From positions 1 to 46,133 of the forward strand of contig JBOGHY010000059.1 of the NCBI GenBank assembly GCA_050742375.1: a stretch of 46,133 bases of DNA, given 5' to 3'. Shown here piece by piece: positions 23,871-33,404 of the stretch. Position 1 is the stretch's first letter. Every line of letters starts with the position of its first letter. A program made the position numbers and the translations under genes. The notes under the pieces were generated by a model, which was not told where the DNA came from, did not search any database, and worked only from the letters and a program-made list of their open reading frames with translations. This stretch comes from Acidimicrobiales bacterium (GTDB lineage Bacteria; Actinomycetota; Acidimicrobiia; Acidimicrobiales; Bog-793).

Positions 23871-24179
23871 GGCCCGAGCATCCCACAGGCCCGGGGCCCG
23901 ACCGGGCCTGGCGCCGTCTACTACCTTGGCGGAACGCTCGATCCGCACCTCTTCCTCCGGCCCCGGCCCCCGTGCAGCGGCAAGCTGGCGTGCGACCTGC
24001 AGGCCTTCAGGCTGCCCGAGTTCACCGAGCCGCTGCGCTTCGCGGCGGCCGCCCTCGGCGCCGGTCTCGTTGTCACGGTCCCCTGGCGGGCATTTAAAGC
24101 CCGGCGCGCGGCTTCGACGAAAGCCCCTCTTCACGCCAAGCCCCTATCTCCGACCGACTCGCCCCTCGCGATCGCAGGG

Positions 24180-25001
24180 GTGCTCTTCGGCGCCTGCGCT
24201 CTCGCCGGCTACGAGCGCACCGGCCATCTCGTCGTGGGGCTCTCGGTCGCCGTCGTGCTGCTCGCCGCCGGCGGCTTCCTCGCCGATGTCGGGAGGGTCC
24301 CGCTGCTGCTGCGGTTCGTCCTCGCGCTGCCCGGGGCTTTCGTGCTCTTCGGGCACTCGGCTCTGCCGGATCCCACCTGGGCCCGAGCTTTCGCCGCCGG
24401 GGTTGCCATTGTCGGCTCAGGGCTGATCGCCGACCTTGATCTGCGCACGGCGGCGCTCGGTCTCGGGCCGGTATTGCTGGCGGTGACGACCTTCGGGCTC
24501 TACGAGTCCGAGCCCGATCCCGACTTCGCCCTCCTGCTCTTCGGCGCCGCGCTTCCGCTCCTTCTGCTCGGCTGGCCCGTGGTGCTCGCACGACTCGGCG
24601 GCGCCGGTGCAGGTGCGGCGGCGGGCTTCATGGCCTGGGCCGGAGCCGTCGGCGGTAGGGGTCTGTTGAGTGCCGTGGTCGCCGGGGGTGCCTGCCTCGG
24701 GCTCTTTGCGATCGAGCCGCTCTCCCGCCTCGTGTGGCTCGGCCGGAGAAGCCTCTTCGAGCGGTTGCCCCGGCGCTACTGGGTGGCACCGGCAATCGCA
24801 GCCGTCCAGCTCGGCCTGGCGGCGCTGTCCAGCCGGATCGCCGCCTTCGGGCGGAGCCCCCTCGAGGCAGGCGTGATGGGGGGGGTCGGTCTCGCGATCT
24901 GCGTAGGCTTGGCGTTCCTGCTGAGCTCGAGGCGCCGCGTGCCAGCCGCCGGCGCCTCCCCGGCCGGCGAGCGGCCAGAAAGGGGGGCTCCGGGTCGATG
25001 A
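24180..25001 (+). CDS. polytopic membrane protein, function unknown
   Basis: This is the C-terminal ~273 codons of the 491-aa track ORF, whose upstream part overlaps asnB. It has strong GC3 bias, about 8 hydrophobic spans and an ATGA overlap with the downstream epimerase gene. The start (GTG 24180) is uncertain. Confidence 0.45.
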   Translation: MLFGACALAGYERTGHLVVGLSVAVVLLAAGGFLADVGRVPLLLRFVLALPGAFVLFGHSALPDPTWARAFAAGVAIVGSGLIADLDLRTAALGLGPVLLAVTTFGLYESEPDPDFALLLFGAALPLLLLGWPVVLARLGGAGAGAAAGFMAWAGAVGGRGLLSAVVAGGACLGLFAIEPLSRLVWLGRRSLFERLPRRYWVAPAIAAVQLGLAALSSRIAAFGRSPLEAGVMGGVGLAICVGLAFLLSSRRRVPAAGASPAGERPERGAPGR

Positions 25002-25978
25002 AGATCCTCGTCACCGGCGGCGCCGGCTTTATCGGCGCCAATCTGTGCGCCAGGCTCGCCGTGGAAGGGATCGGCCAGGTCGTCGCGCTGGACGACCTGT
25101 CGACCGGGAACCGGGAGAACCTCGACGGCCTCGCCGGCGTGGAGCTCGTGGAGGGGAGTGTCCTCGACAGGGCCGAGCTTCGGCGAGTCACAGAGGGTGC
25201 TGCGGCGATCGTGCATCTGGCAGCGCTCCCGTCTGTGCCCCGTTCGCTCGTCGACCCGATCGGGAGCCACGAGGCCAACGCCACGGGCACGCTCAGCGTC
25301 CTCGAAGCCGCACGTGCGGCCGGCGTCGGCCACGTCGTGGTGGCGTCGTCCTCCTCGGTCTACGGCGCCAACCCGACGCTTCCGAAGTCAGAGGAGATGG
25401 CTACGCTGCCGCTCAGCCCCTATGCCGCCAGCAAGCTCGCTGCCGAGTCGTACGCCCTCGCCTACGCGCGCTCCTTCGGGCTCGAGGTGCTCGCCTTCCG
25501 CTTTTTCAACGTTTTCGGGCCCCTTCAGCCGGCAGGCCACGCCTACGCGGCGGTCATCCCGGCCTTCGTCGACGCTGCTCTCGGCGGACGAGCCCTCCAG
25601 GTCCACGGCGACGGGCTACAGACGCGGGACTTCACCTACGTCGGGACCGTGACCGAAGTGCTGGCCGGCGCCGTCCGCAAGCACATCTCGGCGCCCGGAC
25701 CGGTCAACCTCGCTTTCGGCTCGCGCCTCTCGCTCCTCGACGTGATCTCCACCCTCGAGAGGATCCTCGACCGGTCTGTGTCGGTCGAGCACCTGGGCCC
25801 ACGGCCGGGCGACGTCCGACACTCACAAGCCGACGGCTCGCGGCTGCGCGCACTCTTCCCGTCCCTGAGCCCCGTGCCCTTCGAGGTCGGCCTTGCCGAG
25901 ACGGTCGCTTGGTTCGAGCGAGCGCGACCTAGCGGGAGTGGGATCGGCCCGCTCACGGACCATCCATCTGCCTCATGA
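24998..25978 (+). CDS. NAD-dependent sugar-nucleotide epimerase/dehydratase (extended SDR)
   Basis: The N-terminus MKILVTGGAGFIGANL is a Rossmann GxxGxxG motif. SSSSVYG and SPYAASK (YxxxK) are present. 326 aa. Confidence 0.9.
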   Translation: MKILVTGGAGFIGANLCARLAVEGIGQVVALDDLSTGNRENLDGLAGVELVEGSVLDRAELRRVTEGAAAIVHLAALPSVPRSLVDPIGSHEANATGTLSVLEAARAAGVGHVVVASSSSVYGANPTLPKSEEMATLPLSPYAASKLAAESYALAYARSFGLEVLAFRFFNVFGPLQPAGHAYAAVIPAFVDAALGGRALQVHGDGLQTRDFTYVGTVTEVLAGAVRKHISAPGPVNLAFGSRLSLLDVISTLERILDRSVSVEHLGPRPGDVRHSQADGSRLRALFPSLSPVPFEVGLAETVAWFERARPSGSGIGPLTDHPSAS

Positions 25979-26067
25979 TCGGCGCCTGAGCGAGTTGGGC
26001 CCACATAGCCAGCCGTGGGCTATCAAGCATGGCGTAGCTGCACTTCTGTGCCAGACGTGCGGTAGCG

Positions 26068-27015
26068 CTACGGACCCAGCCTTTCGCCTCGTCGCTCCCG
26101 GCGGCCAATGTGTCCCGTCGCTTCCGACCTGGCCCGCCCTCCGTGCGACGGCTTGCCCAAGATCAGTCTCAGCACCTTTCTGCGCGACACCATCACTCCA
26201 CACTTGTGAGCTATTGCGTACACCCACATGCCCCTTGTTCGTCGTCTCGCCAATAGAGGCGCATTCAGAACTAGCCAGGCAATCAGACGCCACCAGGGCG
26301 TCACCTCGGCATGCTCCAGCATCGGAAACCTGCTTTTGACACGTTCGCCAGCGCGTCCATAACGGTACGCTTGCTCTGCGAGCCCCGTCAGCTTTCGGCG
26401 ATAGCGGACTCGAACAACAGCACCCGGCACAAAGCCAAGGGAATAACCGGCCAGTTGCGCTCGCCAGCACAAGTCCCTGTCCTCTGCGCCTTCCGAACGC
26501 CAACCTCCAAGTGCCGTGAATACCGTACGACGAATACCGAAATTTGCCGACGAGGCGAACGGGAGCGGTTTAGCGTCGAGGACAGCTGCCGTCGCCGGCC
26601 TCGGGCGCCATGCAGCGATGTCAGCATTCAGAGATGCCACATCAAAGCCACCCCCCACCAGATCAAATTCAGAGAGAGCGCCCACTAGGGCAGCAACCCA
26701 CCCTTGGCATACAACATCGTCGGCGTCACAAAAGAGAATAAGCGAGCCACGGGCGGTGTCAACGCCGCGGTTTCGCGCAAAAACAGCCCCGCGACGTTGC
26801 GAGGCATCTATCACTCGCACACCGCAGAGAGGCCGACTTCGCACCATGGCTGGACCCCCATCCGAGGAGCCATTGTCAGCCAGAATAATCTCAAACGACG
26901 GATAGTCAGTTTGTTGTGTCAACGCATCAAGTTGCTCCATAATCGTGGAACACGAATTGAAGATAGGAATGATCACAGACACGCCTGGCTGCCCGACTGT
27001 GTTCGCCATTGTCAC
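26068..27015 (-). CDS. glycosyltransferase family 2
   Basis: The sequence VSVIIPIFNSCSTIMEQLDALTQQTDYPSFEIILADNGSSDG...ARNRGVDTARGSLILFCDADDV contains the DxD region. GC is lower than in the locus core. Confidence 0.8.
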   Translation of the reverse strand: MTMANTVGQPGVSVIIPIFNSCSTIMEQLDALTQQTDYPSFEIILADNGSSDGGPAMVRSRPLCGVRVIDASQRRGAVFARNRGVDTARGSLILFCDADDVVCQGWVAALVGALSEFDLVGGGFDVASLNADIAAWRPRPATAAVLDAKPLPFASSANFGIRRTVFTALGGWRSEGAEDRDLCWRAQLAGYSLGFVPGAVVRVRYRRKLTGLAEQAYRYGRAGERVKSRFPMLEHAEVTPWWRLIAWLVLNAPLLARRRTRGMWVYAIAHKCGVMVSRRKVLRLILGKPSHGGRARSEATGHIGRRERRGERLGP

Positions 27016-27040
27016 CCAGCTGTCATATCTCAGGCATCAG

Positions 27041-28345
27041 CTAGACGGACTCGAGAGAAGAAGCCGCCGAGTCCCGTGTTGCCACTGATGGCAACCGTGA
27101 CTCCGATGTTGTTGATCCCCGCTGCCAGCTTACAAGTACAAGAAGGAAGGGAAGTAGCGATGTCTTTTCTCGAGATAGAATACCCAGGTTGCCGATACTC
27201 GCGAACAATACGATCCATATGAGAGAGTAGACGGCCGCTCCGAGGAAATACGGATACCGACGTATCGAACGGAGGCCAGTAAATAATCGGCGCCACGAAA
27301 CTACTAGGAGTACTGTGACGAAGAGATTCTCGATCGAGCTAGCCAGCTGGCCCTTTCCATGAGCCTGGAAAGGAAGTGGACGAAGTACGACATAATAGAA
27401 GTCCTTAGGTAAAGCAGCTATCGACAGGGAGGTTGAAGCCGTGTCACTGGATCCGAACTGCCCGGGGCCACCTCCTGTTCGTGCAGCCGTGCCGGTATTG
27501 ACCGCGTTCTGTTTCAAGACGTGGTCGACAGAAGCAATGCTCAGACTATGCACGCCAAAAAAATGTGCCGTCTCCTTAGCCAAGAGAAGGCCGCCCCCGA
27601 CTAGGACAATGATGCCGAAGGCCTTCGTCAAGGGAGCGAGATGGGAAGTGTATCGCGCATTACCGACGATGTAGGAAGCGGCGAGTGCTACAAAGAAGAT
27701 GAGTGCGACATGAGGGCGGACGAGAGCTGTGAGGGCGAGCCCGCTGGCAAGGGGTAGCAAGCGGCCCCGCCGTCCTGTCAAGATCCGGGCACCGCCGAGA
27801 GCTGCAAGACTGAGGCCTAGCGAGATCAGTGCATCCTTGCCGATCGCAGATGTCCAGAAGAGAAGGGATGGAAGAAAAAAGAGGAGTAGGGCATAGCGCC
27901 GGTGATCGGCTTCGGGCAACGCCATATAAAATGCCCGATAGAACAGCGCCAGACTTAGGAATGCTAGGAACGCGAAGATGAATGCACCACCCAGAAAATT
28001 GGCCCCGATGACGGAATAAATGATACCGGTGATGATGCGGGTGGCACCATCGCCAATAAGTGGGCCAACATGAAAGGCAAAGTCTCCATGGCGTATCAGT
28101 TCTGCGACCTGGCTCCCATGGCCGCTGTATCCGTAGGCATCCGCGGCGCCACCATAGAAATGGTCTACAACGTAGATCCAGACGGGAGCGCACACGAGCT
28201 TCAGTATTCCGGACGCGAGGACAACTCGGAAGATCCGAGGATCTCGGTCACGTCGAGCCACTGCTCGGGCGACGGCGGGAACGGCAAAGACCGCGAGCAG
28301 AAGGCCGACAATCAAGCCGAACCAGGCTCCTTCAGAGATGCTCAT
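27041..28345 (-). CDS. polytopic membrane protein, possible polysaccharide polymerase (Wzy/EpsG-like)
   Basis: 434 aa with at least 10 hydrophobic spans and one larger loop. It sits directly upstream of the GT2 gene in the same orientation. The product assignment rests on context only. Confidence 0.55.
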   Translation of the reverse strand: MSISEGAWFGLIVGLLLAVFAVPAVARAVARRDRDPRIFRVVLASGILKLVCAPVWIYVVDHFYGGAADAYGYSGHGSQVAELIRHGDFAFHVGPLIGDGATRIITGIIYSVIGANFLGGAFIFAFLAFLSLALFYRAFYMALPEADHRRYALLLFFLPSLLFWTSAIGKDALISLGLSLAALGGARILTGRRGRLLPLASGLALTALVRPHVALIFFVALAASYIVGNARYTSHLAPLTKAFGIIVLVGGGLLLAKETAHFFGVHSLSIASVDHVLKQNAVNTGTAARTGGGPGQFGSSDTASTSLSIAALPKDFYYVVLRPLPFQAHGKGQLASSIENLFVTVLLVVSWRRLFTGLRSIRRYPYFLGAAVYSLIWIVLFASIGNLGILSREKTSLLPFLLVLVSWQRGSTTSESRLPSVATRDSAASSLESV

Positions 28346-29267
28346 CAGCGGGTCTGCAGTCGAGGGCTCGCATCGGGCGACATCTTGTCAGCGTTTGGCT
28401 CTGGATAGAGGCGGTGGGATAAAGCCACTCGTGGTCTCGGGCGAGCAGGACCAGAGGACCAGCGCAAGTGACCACGCTGTCGCGTCGAAGATCGGGAGCG
28501 GGACTCATCGCCGTTGTCGCTGTTCGGCCAGGCACGTGTCCATCCCGGCGGTCTCCTCTTTGCCGGCATGCCACAGCTGTGACGTTGAGGCCGCAGTATT
28601 GAAGCTAACCATGGGACCGCTCAGGCGTCAATGGGGAATACTCGGGGATTGCGCGCGCTTGGCGGTCGGCTGCATGTCGCAGGTGGTGAGGCAAGTCGAT
28701 GCGAGCTGGCGCCGCCGCTGAATGACATTCGTGTAGTTCGGTGACCGACACCGAAGAGGCCTCCCCTTCTGGGAAGCGGCCACGATCGAGACCAGTCTTG
28801 GCAACGAGGACCCGGGCGGCGGCATTGACTCGAGCCCGGCCCGGCCCCTCCCGAGCAGCACTTTCGTCACCCTCTCTCGCCGAACGCCTCGGTGAGTAAG
28901 CCGGCGGCTGGGAGGCCATGGCACGCACGACCGCCGGGGCCTCGCACCCGAAACCGTCGATCACCATCTGTGGGGTCAGCCAATGTCACGAGCCCTACCC
29001 CGCACCTCTGATGTATGGAAGCCCCCTATGTTGGTGACGGTCTTTCCGGCACGCCAGGGTGGTTGCGTCCCGTTCGATCGGCACGCAGATCACGTTTATC
29101 CTCGCGACGACTCCGGGAGTCAGCTCAGCGACCCGCGATTGGAAGGCTGCACGATGGATCATCGCAGCGGCCCCTACCACGACTACCGCGCCCCGGCCAT
29201 CGCCGGAGGGACGTCACCCGCAGGGCGGTACTCAAGCCCGGCAGGAAGATTGCCGATAGAGAAGCAC

Positions 29268-30953
29268 ATGATCCGGAACCTGCCGAAGAGGTCCAAGCGT
29301 GTCTTCGAGACCGCGTCCGCGCTAGTACTCGTAGTTGGTGCTGCAGGCCTCCTAACTAATCAGGAGGGAACTGCTGCGACAGGACATCTGACTGTTGCCA
29401 GGCAAACTGCAATCGAGACCACCTCCTTATCTTATTCCGCCCGACCGGCCTCCAGCTCGCGAGAACTCGGACTCGTATCTCAGCTCCGCCTCATTTCGTT
29501 GGCGAGTACCAGGCCGAGCAGCTCTACGTATCAAGACGTCATTACCCACGTCCGCGCACAAGAGACTATCTACCAACCTCCGAAATCACTTCCGGCGAAC
29601 TGTTCGAGGGATGTCGCACCGGCACTCTATCGATGGCTCAGTTCTCTTCCGGATGGAACTGCCCAAAGACCTACGGTTGTCGTCTTTCGCTCCACGAGCT
29701 GCTACCAGGTTGACGAGACGCTTCCAATCTGGCAGCGGAGCTACATAGAACTTGATGGAAACGGCGCACACCTCGTGGCCACGACAAACGGCACAGGTGC
29801 GCCTTACGTGGGCATCGACTATGGTGAGAGACGCGGGAGGCACTTTCCCTACTACTTCGTCCAAAACCTGGTTGGCAGTACCGGCAGCGACAACCGCTCC
29901 GTTTTTTTGATTGATGACTCATCTCACATCGTCGTCTCCGGGTTTCGTGTTAAAGGCTCCAACAGTTGCAAGCTTGTTCCGTACTATAATTGCTACATGC
30001 CCTCGCTCGAAGGGCAGGCCGGCTTCGTGGTGGGCGGGAGTAGGGACATCACTATCACCGACAACGTGATCTCACACGTGTGGGGCGACTGTGCTCAAGT
30101 TGGAGATTACAACGCCGACGACCACGGCTGGACCGATGGCGTTACGTTCTCTCGAAACTCCTGCGATCATCTCGGGCGCCATGGCTGGTCATCCAACAGC
30201 GGCGAGAACTTCAGGTTCTCCGACAACACCTATTCGATGATTGCTTACGATGCGGTCGACCTGGAGGACGACAGCGGCGGGCCGACGATGCCCGTCGGTT
30301 GCACCACTGGCTGCTCGGGCGCAGGCTGGGTCAACGTCACGTCCAGCTACGAGCGCTTTGCCGACGTAGGCTTGGATGGCATCGCAGTCCAGGGTGGCGC
30401 GAACATGACCGGAGAAAGCATCAACTTCCGCCACGACACCTTCGGCGGGGGCACCCCGCAATTCTTGGCGTATACTAACGAGCCTAATCCGTACTTCGGT
30501 CCAATCTCGCTGACCAACTCGATCGCGACATCGTCGGCGATGAGCAACTACCGTGATGGTGTGGAACTGACAGGGGTGGTCAATGGCATATCGCGCTTCA
30601 CGGACAATGCCCTGCTCAACATGGCCTACGGCTGCACCACTACGTGCGAGTACCAGCAACCCTATGGGTTCGGGATCTGGTCTTCCCGCAACATAGTTAT
30701 CGAGAACAACAACGTGGAGGCGGCAGGCCACGTGGCCGAGATTGACTCGAGAACGGACTCTTTGACTGGGCGCAGTCCTAACCGTGCTTCTCCATCAATC
30801 AACGTGACCGTCTGTGGGAATCGTTACAGCCTCCCTTCAAGACCTGAAGAGCAGTCGCGGTGTCGAGTTGACACAACGAGACGTCATCGGTCAGTCCATC
30901 AATTGGCGAACGACACGTTGGTACATCTCCTAGTGTCCCGAGCCAGAGATTAG
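29268..30953 (+). CDS. secreted/anchored right-handed parallel beta-helix repeat protein; 3' end altered by the IS630 insertion
   Basis: ATG 29268 gives an N-terminal anchor/signal (MIRNLPKRSKRVFETASALVLVVGAAGLL). Repeated ...ITITDNVISH..., VTFSRNSCDH..., FRFSDNTYS..., IVIENNNVE segments are typical of pectate-lyase-like beta-helices. The reading frame runs 21 nt into the IS630 left end before stopping. Confidence 0.6.
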   Translation: MIRNLPKRSKRVFETASALVLVVGAAGLLTNQEGTAATGHLTVARQTAIETTSLSYSARPASSSRELGLVSQLRLISLASTRPSSSTYQDVITHVRAQETIYQPPKSLPANCSRDVAPALYRWLSSLPDGTAQRPTVVVFRSTSCYQVDETLPIWQRSYIELDGNGAHLVATTNGTGAPYVGIDYGERRGRHFPYYFVQNLVGSTGSDNRSVFLIDDSSHIVVSGFRVKGSNSCKLVPYYNCYMPSLEGQAGFVVGGSRDITITDNVISHVWGDCAQVGDYNADDHGWTDGVTFSRNSCDHLGRHGWSSNSGENFRFSDNTYSMIAYDAVDLEDDSGGPTMPVGCTTGCSGAGWVNVTSSYERFADVGLDGIAVQGGANMTGESINFRHDTFGGGTPQFLAYTNEPNPYFGPISLTNSIATSSAMSNYRDGVELTGVVNGISRFTDNALLNMAYGCTTTCEYQQPYGFGIWSSRNIVIENNNVEAAGHVAEIDSRTDSLTGRSPNRASPSINVTVCGNRYSLPSRPEEQSRCRVDTTRRHRSVHQLANDTLVHLLVSRARD

Positions 30954-32168
30954 GGGCATAAGTGTCATCAGGCCTCGGAAGCGCGCGCGGCCGCCGCCGC
31001 CGATTCCCGCTCGCAGTAGCGGGCAAGGCTGGCGAGAATCTGATCGGCGGTCTTCACCCACACGTAGGGCCGGGGGTTCTCGTTCCAGTTCGCGATCCAC
31101 TCGCGGATGTCCTTCTGGAGGGCCTTCACGTTCGTGTGGGCGCCGCGCTTGATCTTCTTCGTGGTGAGCTCGCCGAACCACCGCTCGACCATGTTGAGCC
31201 ACGACCCCGAGGTGGGCGTGAAGTGCAGGTGAAAGCGCGGGTGGCGCAGCAGCCAGCGACGGATCTCGGGGGTCTTGTGGGTGGCGTGGTTGTCCAAGAC
31301 GAGGTGCACCTCGAGGTCGGTCGGGACCTCGCCATCGATCTGGACGAGGAACTTCTTGAACTCGGCTGCTCGGTGATGCTTGCGAAGCGAGCCGATCACC
31401 TTGCCCGAGGTCATGTCGAGCGCGGCGAAGAGGCTGGTGGTGCCGTGGCGCACGTAATCGTTGTTTCTGCGCTCGGGGGTGGCGGGCATCATGGGCAGAA
31501 TCGGCTGGAAGCGGTTGAGCGCCTGGATCTGCGAGGACGCAGAGCACGACGGCTCGCTCGGGCGGGTCCATGTAGAGCCCGACCACGTCACGGACCTTCT
31601 CGATGAAGAGGGGGTCGGTCGACAGCTTGAAGCTCTCGGCTCGATGCGGCTGGAGCCCGAAGGCGTGCCAGATCCGCCGGATGGTGGTCTGGCTCATGCC
31701 GACCTCCCTCGCCATCGAGCGCGTCGACCAGTGGGTGGCGTCCTTCGGCTTCTCCTCGAGTGTCTTCACCACCACCGCTTCGACCTGGTCGTCGGTGATG
31801 GTGCGCGGCACGCCGGGCCTCGGGTCGTCGAAGAGGCCATCGAGTCGGCGCTCGACGAAGCGACGGCGCCACTTGCCGACCATGGCCTGGCTCACCGACA
31901 GGTGTGCGGCCACGTCCCGGTTGGTCCCACCCTTCGCGCAGCTGAGCACGATGCGTGCGCGCATCGCAATCGCCTGAGCGCTCTTGTGCCGGTTGCTCAG
32001 ACGCTCGAGGCTGAGACGCTCCTCGTCGCTCAGCACGAGCTCTGCCTTCGGCCGGCCCATGATTGCCATGTCGTCTCCCATCGTCGCAGGTACGACGTGG
32101 AAACCGCGCTAGCCACCCAGAAATTCCCAGATGGTCGACATTTCTTTCAAATCTCTGGCTCGGGACAT
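30933..32168 (-). mobile_element. IS630-family insertion sequence (1236 bp) flanked by a TA duplication
   Basis: The terminal inverted repeats GTGTCCCGAGCCAGAGATT (30933-30951) and AATCTCTGGCTCGGGACAT (32150-32168) match at 18/19 positions. TA is present at 30931-30932 and 32169-32170. Confidence 0.85.
30968..32081 (-). pseudogene. IS630-family transposase, split into two frames with loss of the first catalytic-Asp motif
   Basis: Frame 1 reads MGRPKAELVLSDEERLSLERL...MDPPERAVVLCV. Frame 2 reads SSQIQALNRFQPILPMMPATPERRNNDYVRHGTTSLFAALD...LVLDNHATHK...SGSWLNMVERWF. Where relatives have VDEKSQIQAL, the sequence reads GTC-C-TCGCAGATCCAG. Confidence 0.8.
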
Positions 32169-32275
32169 TAGCGGGAAGGGGGCAGGCCCCCCTCCCGGCC
32201 TCCTCCCAACGCGGCCGCGTGCTCATTGATGCTGTCGGGCCAGCAAAGCCGCCCCTCGTGCGCTATCGCGTGTGC

Positions 32276-32797
32276 ATGACGACGGTGACCAACATCAACG
32301 ACGTGCTCGATGGCCACATCGGCCTCGATCTCTCCTGCGTCGATCGGTTGCTCTGCAATGCCTACCTCCCGAACCTCCAGGTGTCCGGACAGGTGGTCAC
32401 CTTCCTCACCGCTCACCTCGGCTTCCCCATCCCCTCGCCTGCGCTGCTCGAGAAGATCGGCAACCGCTTCCGACGCGAGGTCAAGGCCTTTGCTGGCGAG
32501 CACGACATCCCGATACTCGCCCTCGGAAAGCCCGACCGCACGCGCTGGGACGACCGCAAGCTCGATCACGTCCGCCCCTATCTCGATGCAGCAGAAGTCG
32601 AGGGGCGATTTGGCGTTGTCGCCATCGTCCAGTCCCAGGAGTTCCAGTGGGTCTTCTCGGCGAAGAACCGCTCCAAGGTCCCCGGGGTCGTGAGCTTCGA
32701 CTTCGTCAAGGAGGAGCGCCGCGTCGGGATCTACTACTTCTACATCTACGACGCCGAGTTCGGACGGGGCTTCATCAAGGCGTGCACCTACTTTCCC
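32276..32797 (+). CDS. conserved actinobacterial hypothetical protein, exon 1 (gene interrupted by a group II intron)
   Basis: The 174 codons MTTVTNINDVLDGHIGLDLSCVDRLLCNAYLPNLQVSGQVVTFLTAHLGFPIPSPALLEKIGNRF...FIKACTYFP end exactly at the intron GTGCG. Confidence 0.75.
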
Positions 32798-33404
32798 GTG
32801 CGCCACGAGGCGCCATGACACCGGGCGGTGATGAAAGGGCGCCGCCTCCGGATTGTCGCAGCAATCTGGTGAAGCTGGGGGCAGCCTGACCCCGGAGGCA
32901 CGGGAGCAGGTGGGAGCAGCCCCGACAACGCCGGGACGGTTCGGCACCGCCAGATGGGCCGGGTCCGGCAAGCGAGACGGGACGGTGTACGAATGCAGAA
33001 ACCAGCGGTGGAACCCCCTCAAGAAGTGCGCCGGCTCGAACCTGGTGGATCGGGGCCGGAGGGCAGTGCGCGCTCGCCGGGAAGCTGCGGCGGGCGACAT
33101 CAGGTCGGAATTGGGAAGTCCGACCTGGTGGTCACGGTGAATGTCTGCGGCGTAGCCGGGACGAGGCTGCAGGGGAAGAGTTGGGCACCAACCCCGTCGA
33201 CCGGTACATGGTGAACGTGGGAACCGTCGTCACGCACCCCACACCGACGCCCAGCCAGGGCGTCGGCGGGAAGGCATGCCGTCTGCTGATGGCGTGGCGA
33301 TGGGACGGAGGGTCCGTAGTAGTCCGAGGCCGGGAAAGCCGGTCACATGGCGAAGGGACCCAGCGAGTTCGCAGGAAGGTCGTTGGAATGCCAGGAGGTC
33401 GCCG

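Noticed and set aside
25993-26014. Hairpin GCCCAC-N10-GTGGGC between the convergent epimerase and GT2 genes as an intrinsic terminator
   Set aside because: It has only a 6-bp stem with a 10-nt loop and no U-tract, and is too weak to report as a feature.
30930-32276. In-frame read-through from the beta-helix gene into the 542-aa gene after conceptual removal of IS630 plus one TA
   Set aside because: The frames do coincide and no stop intervenes over about 105 nt. This has a one-in-three chance, stop-free stretches are common at this GC content, and the two proteins are unrelated in composition and GC. It is treated as coincidence.
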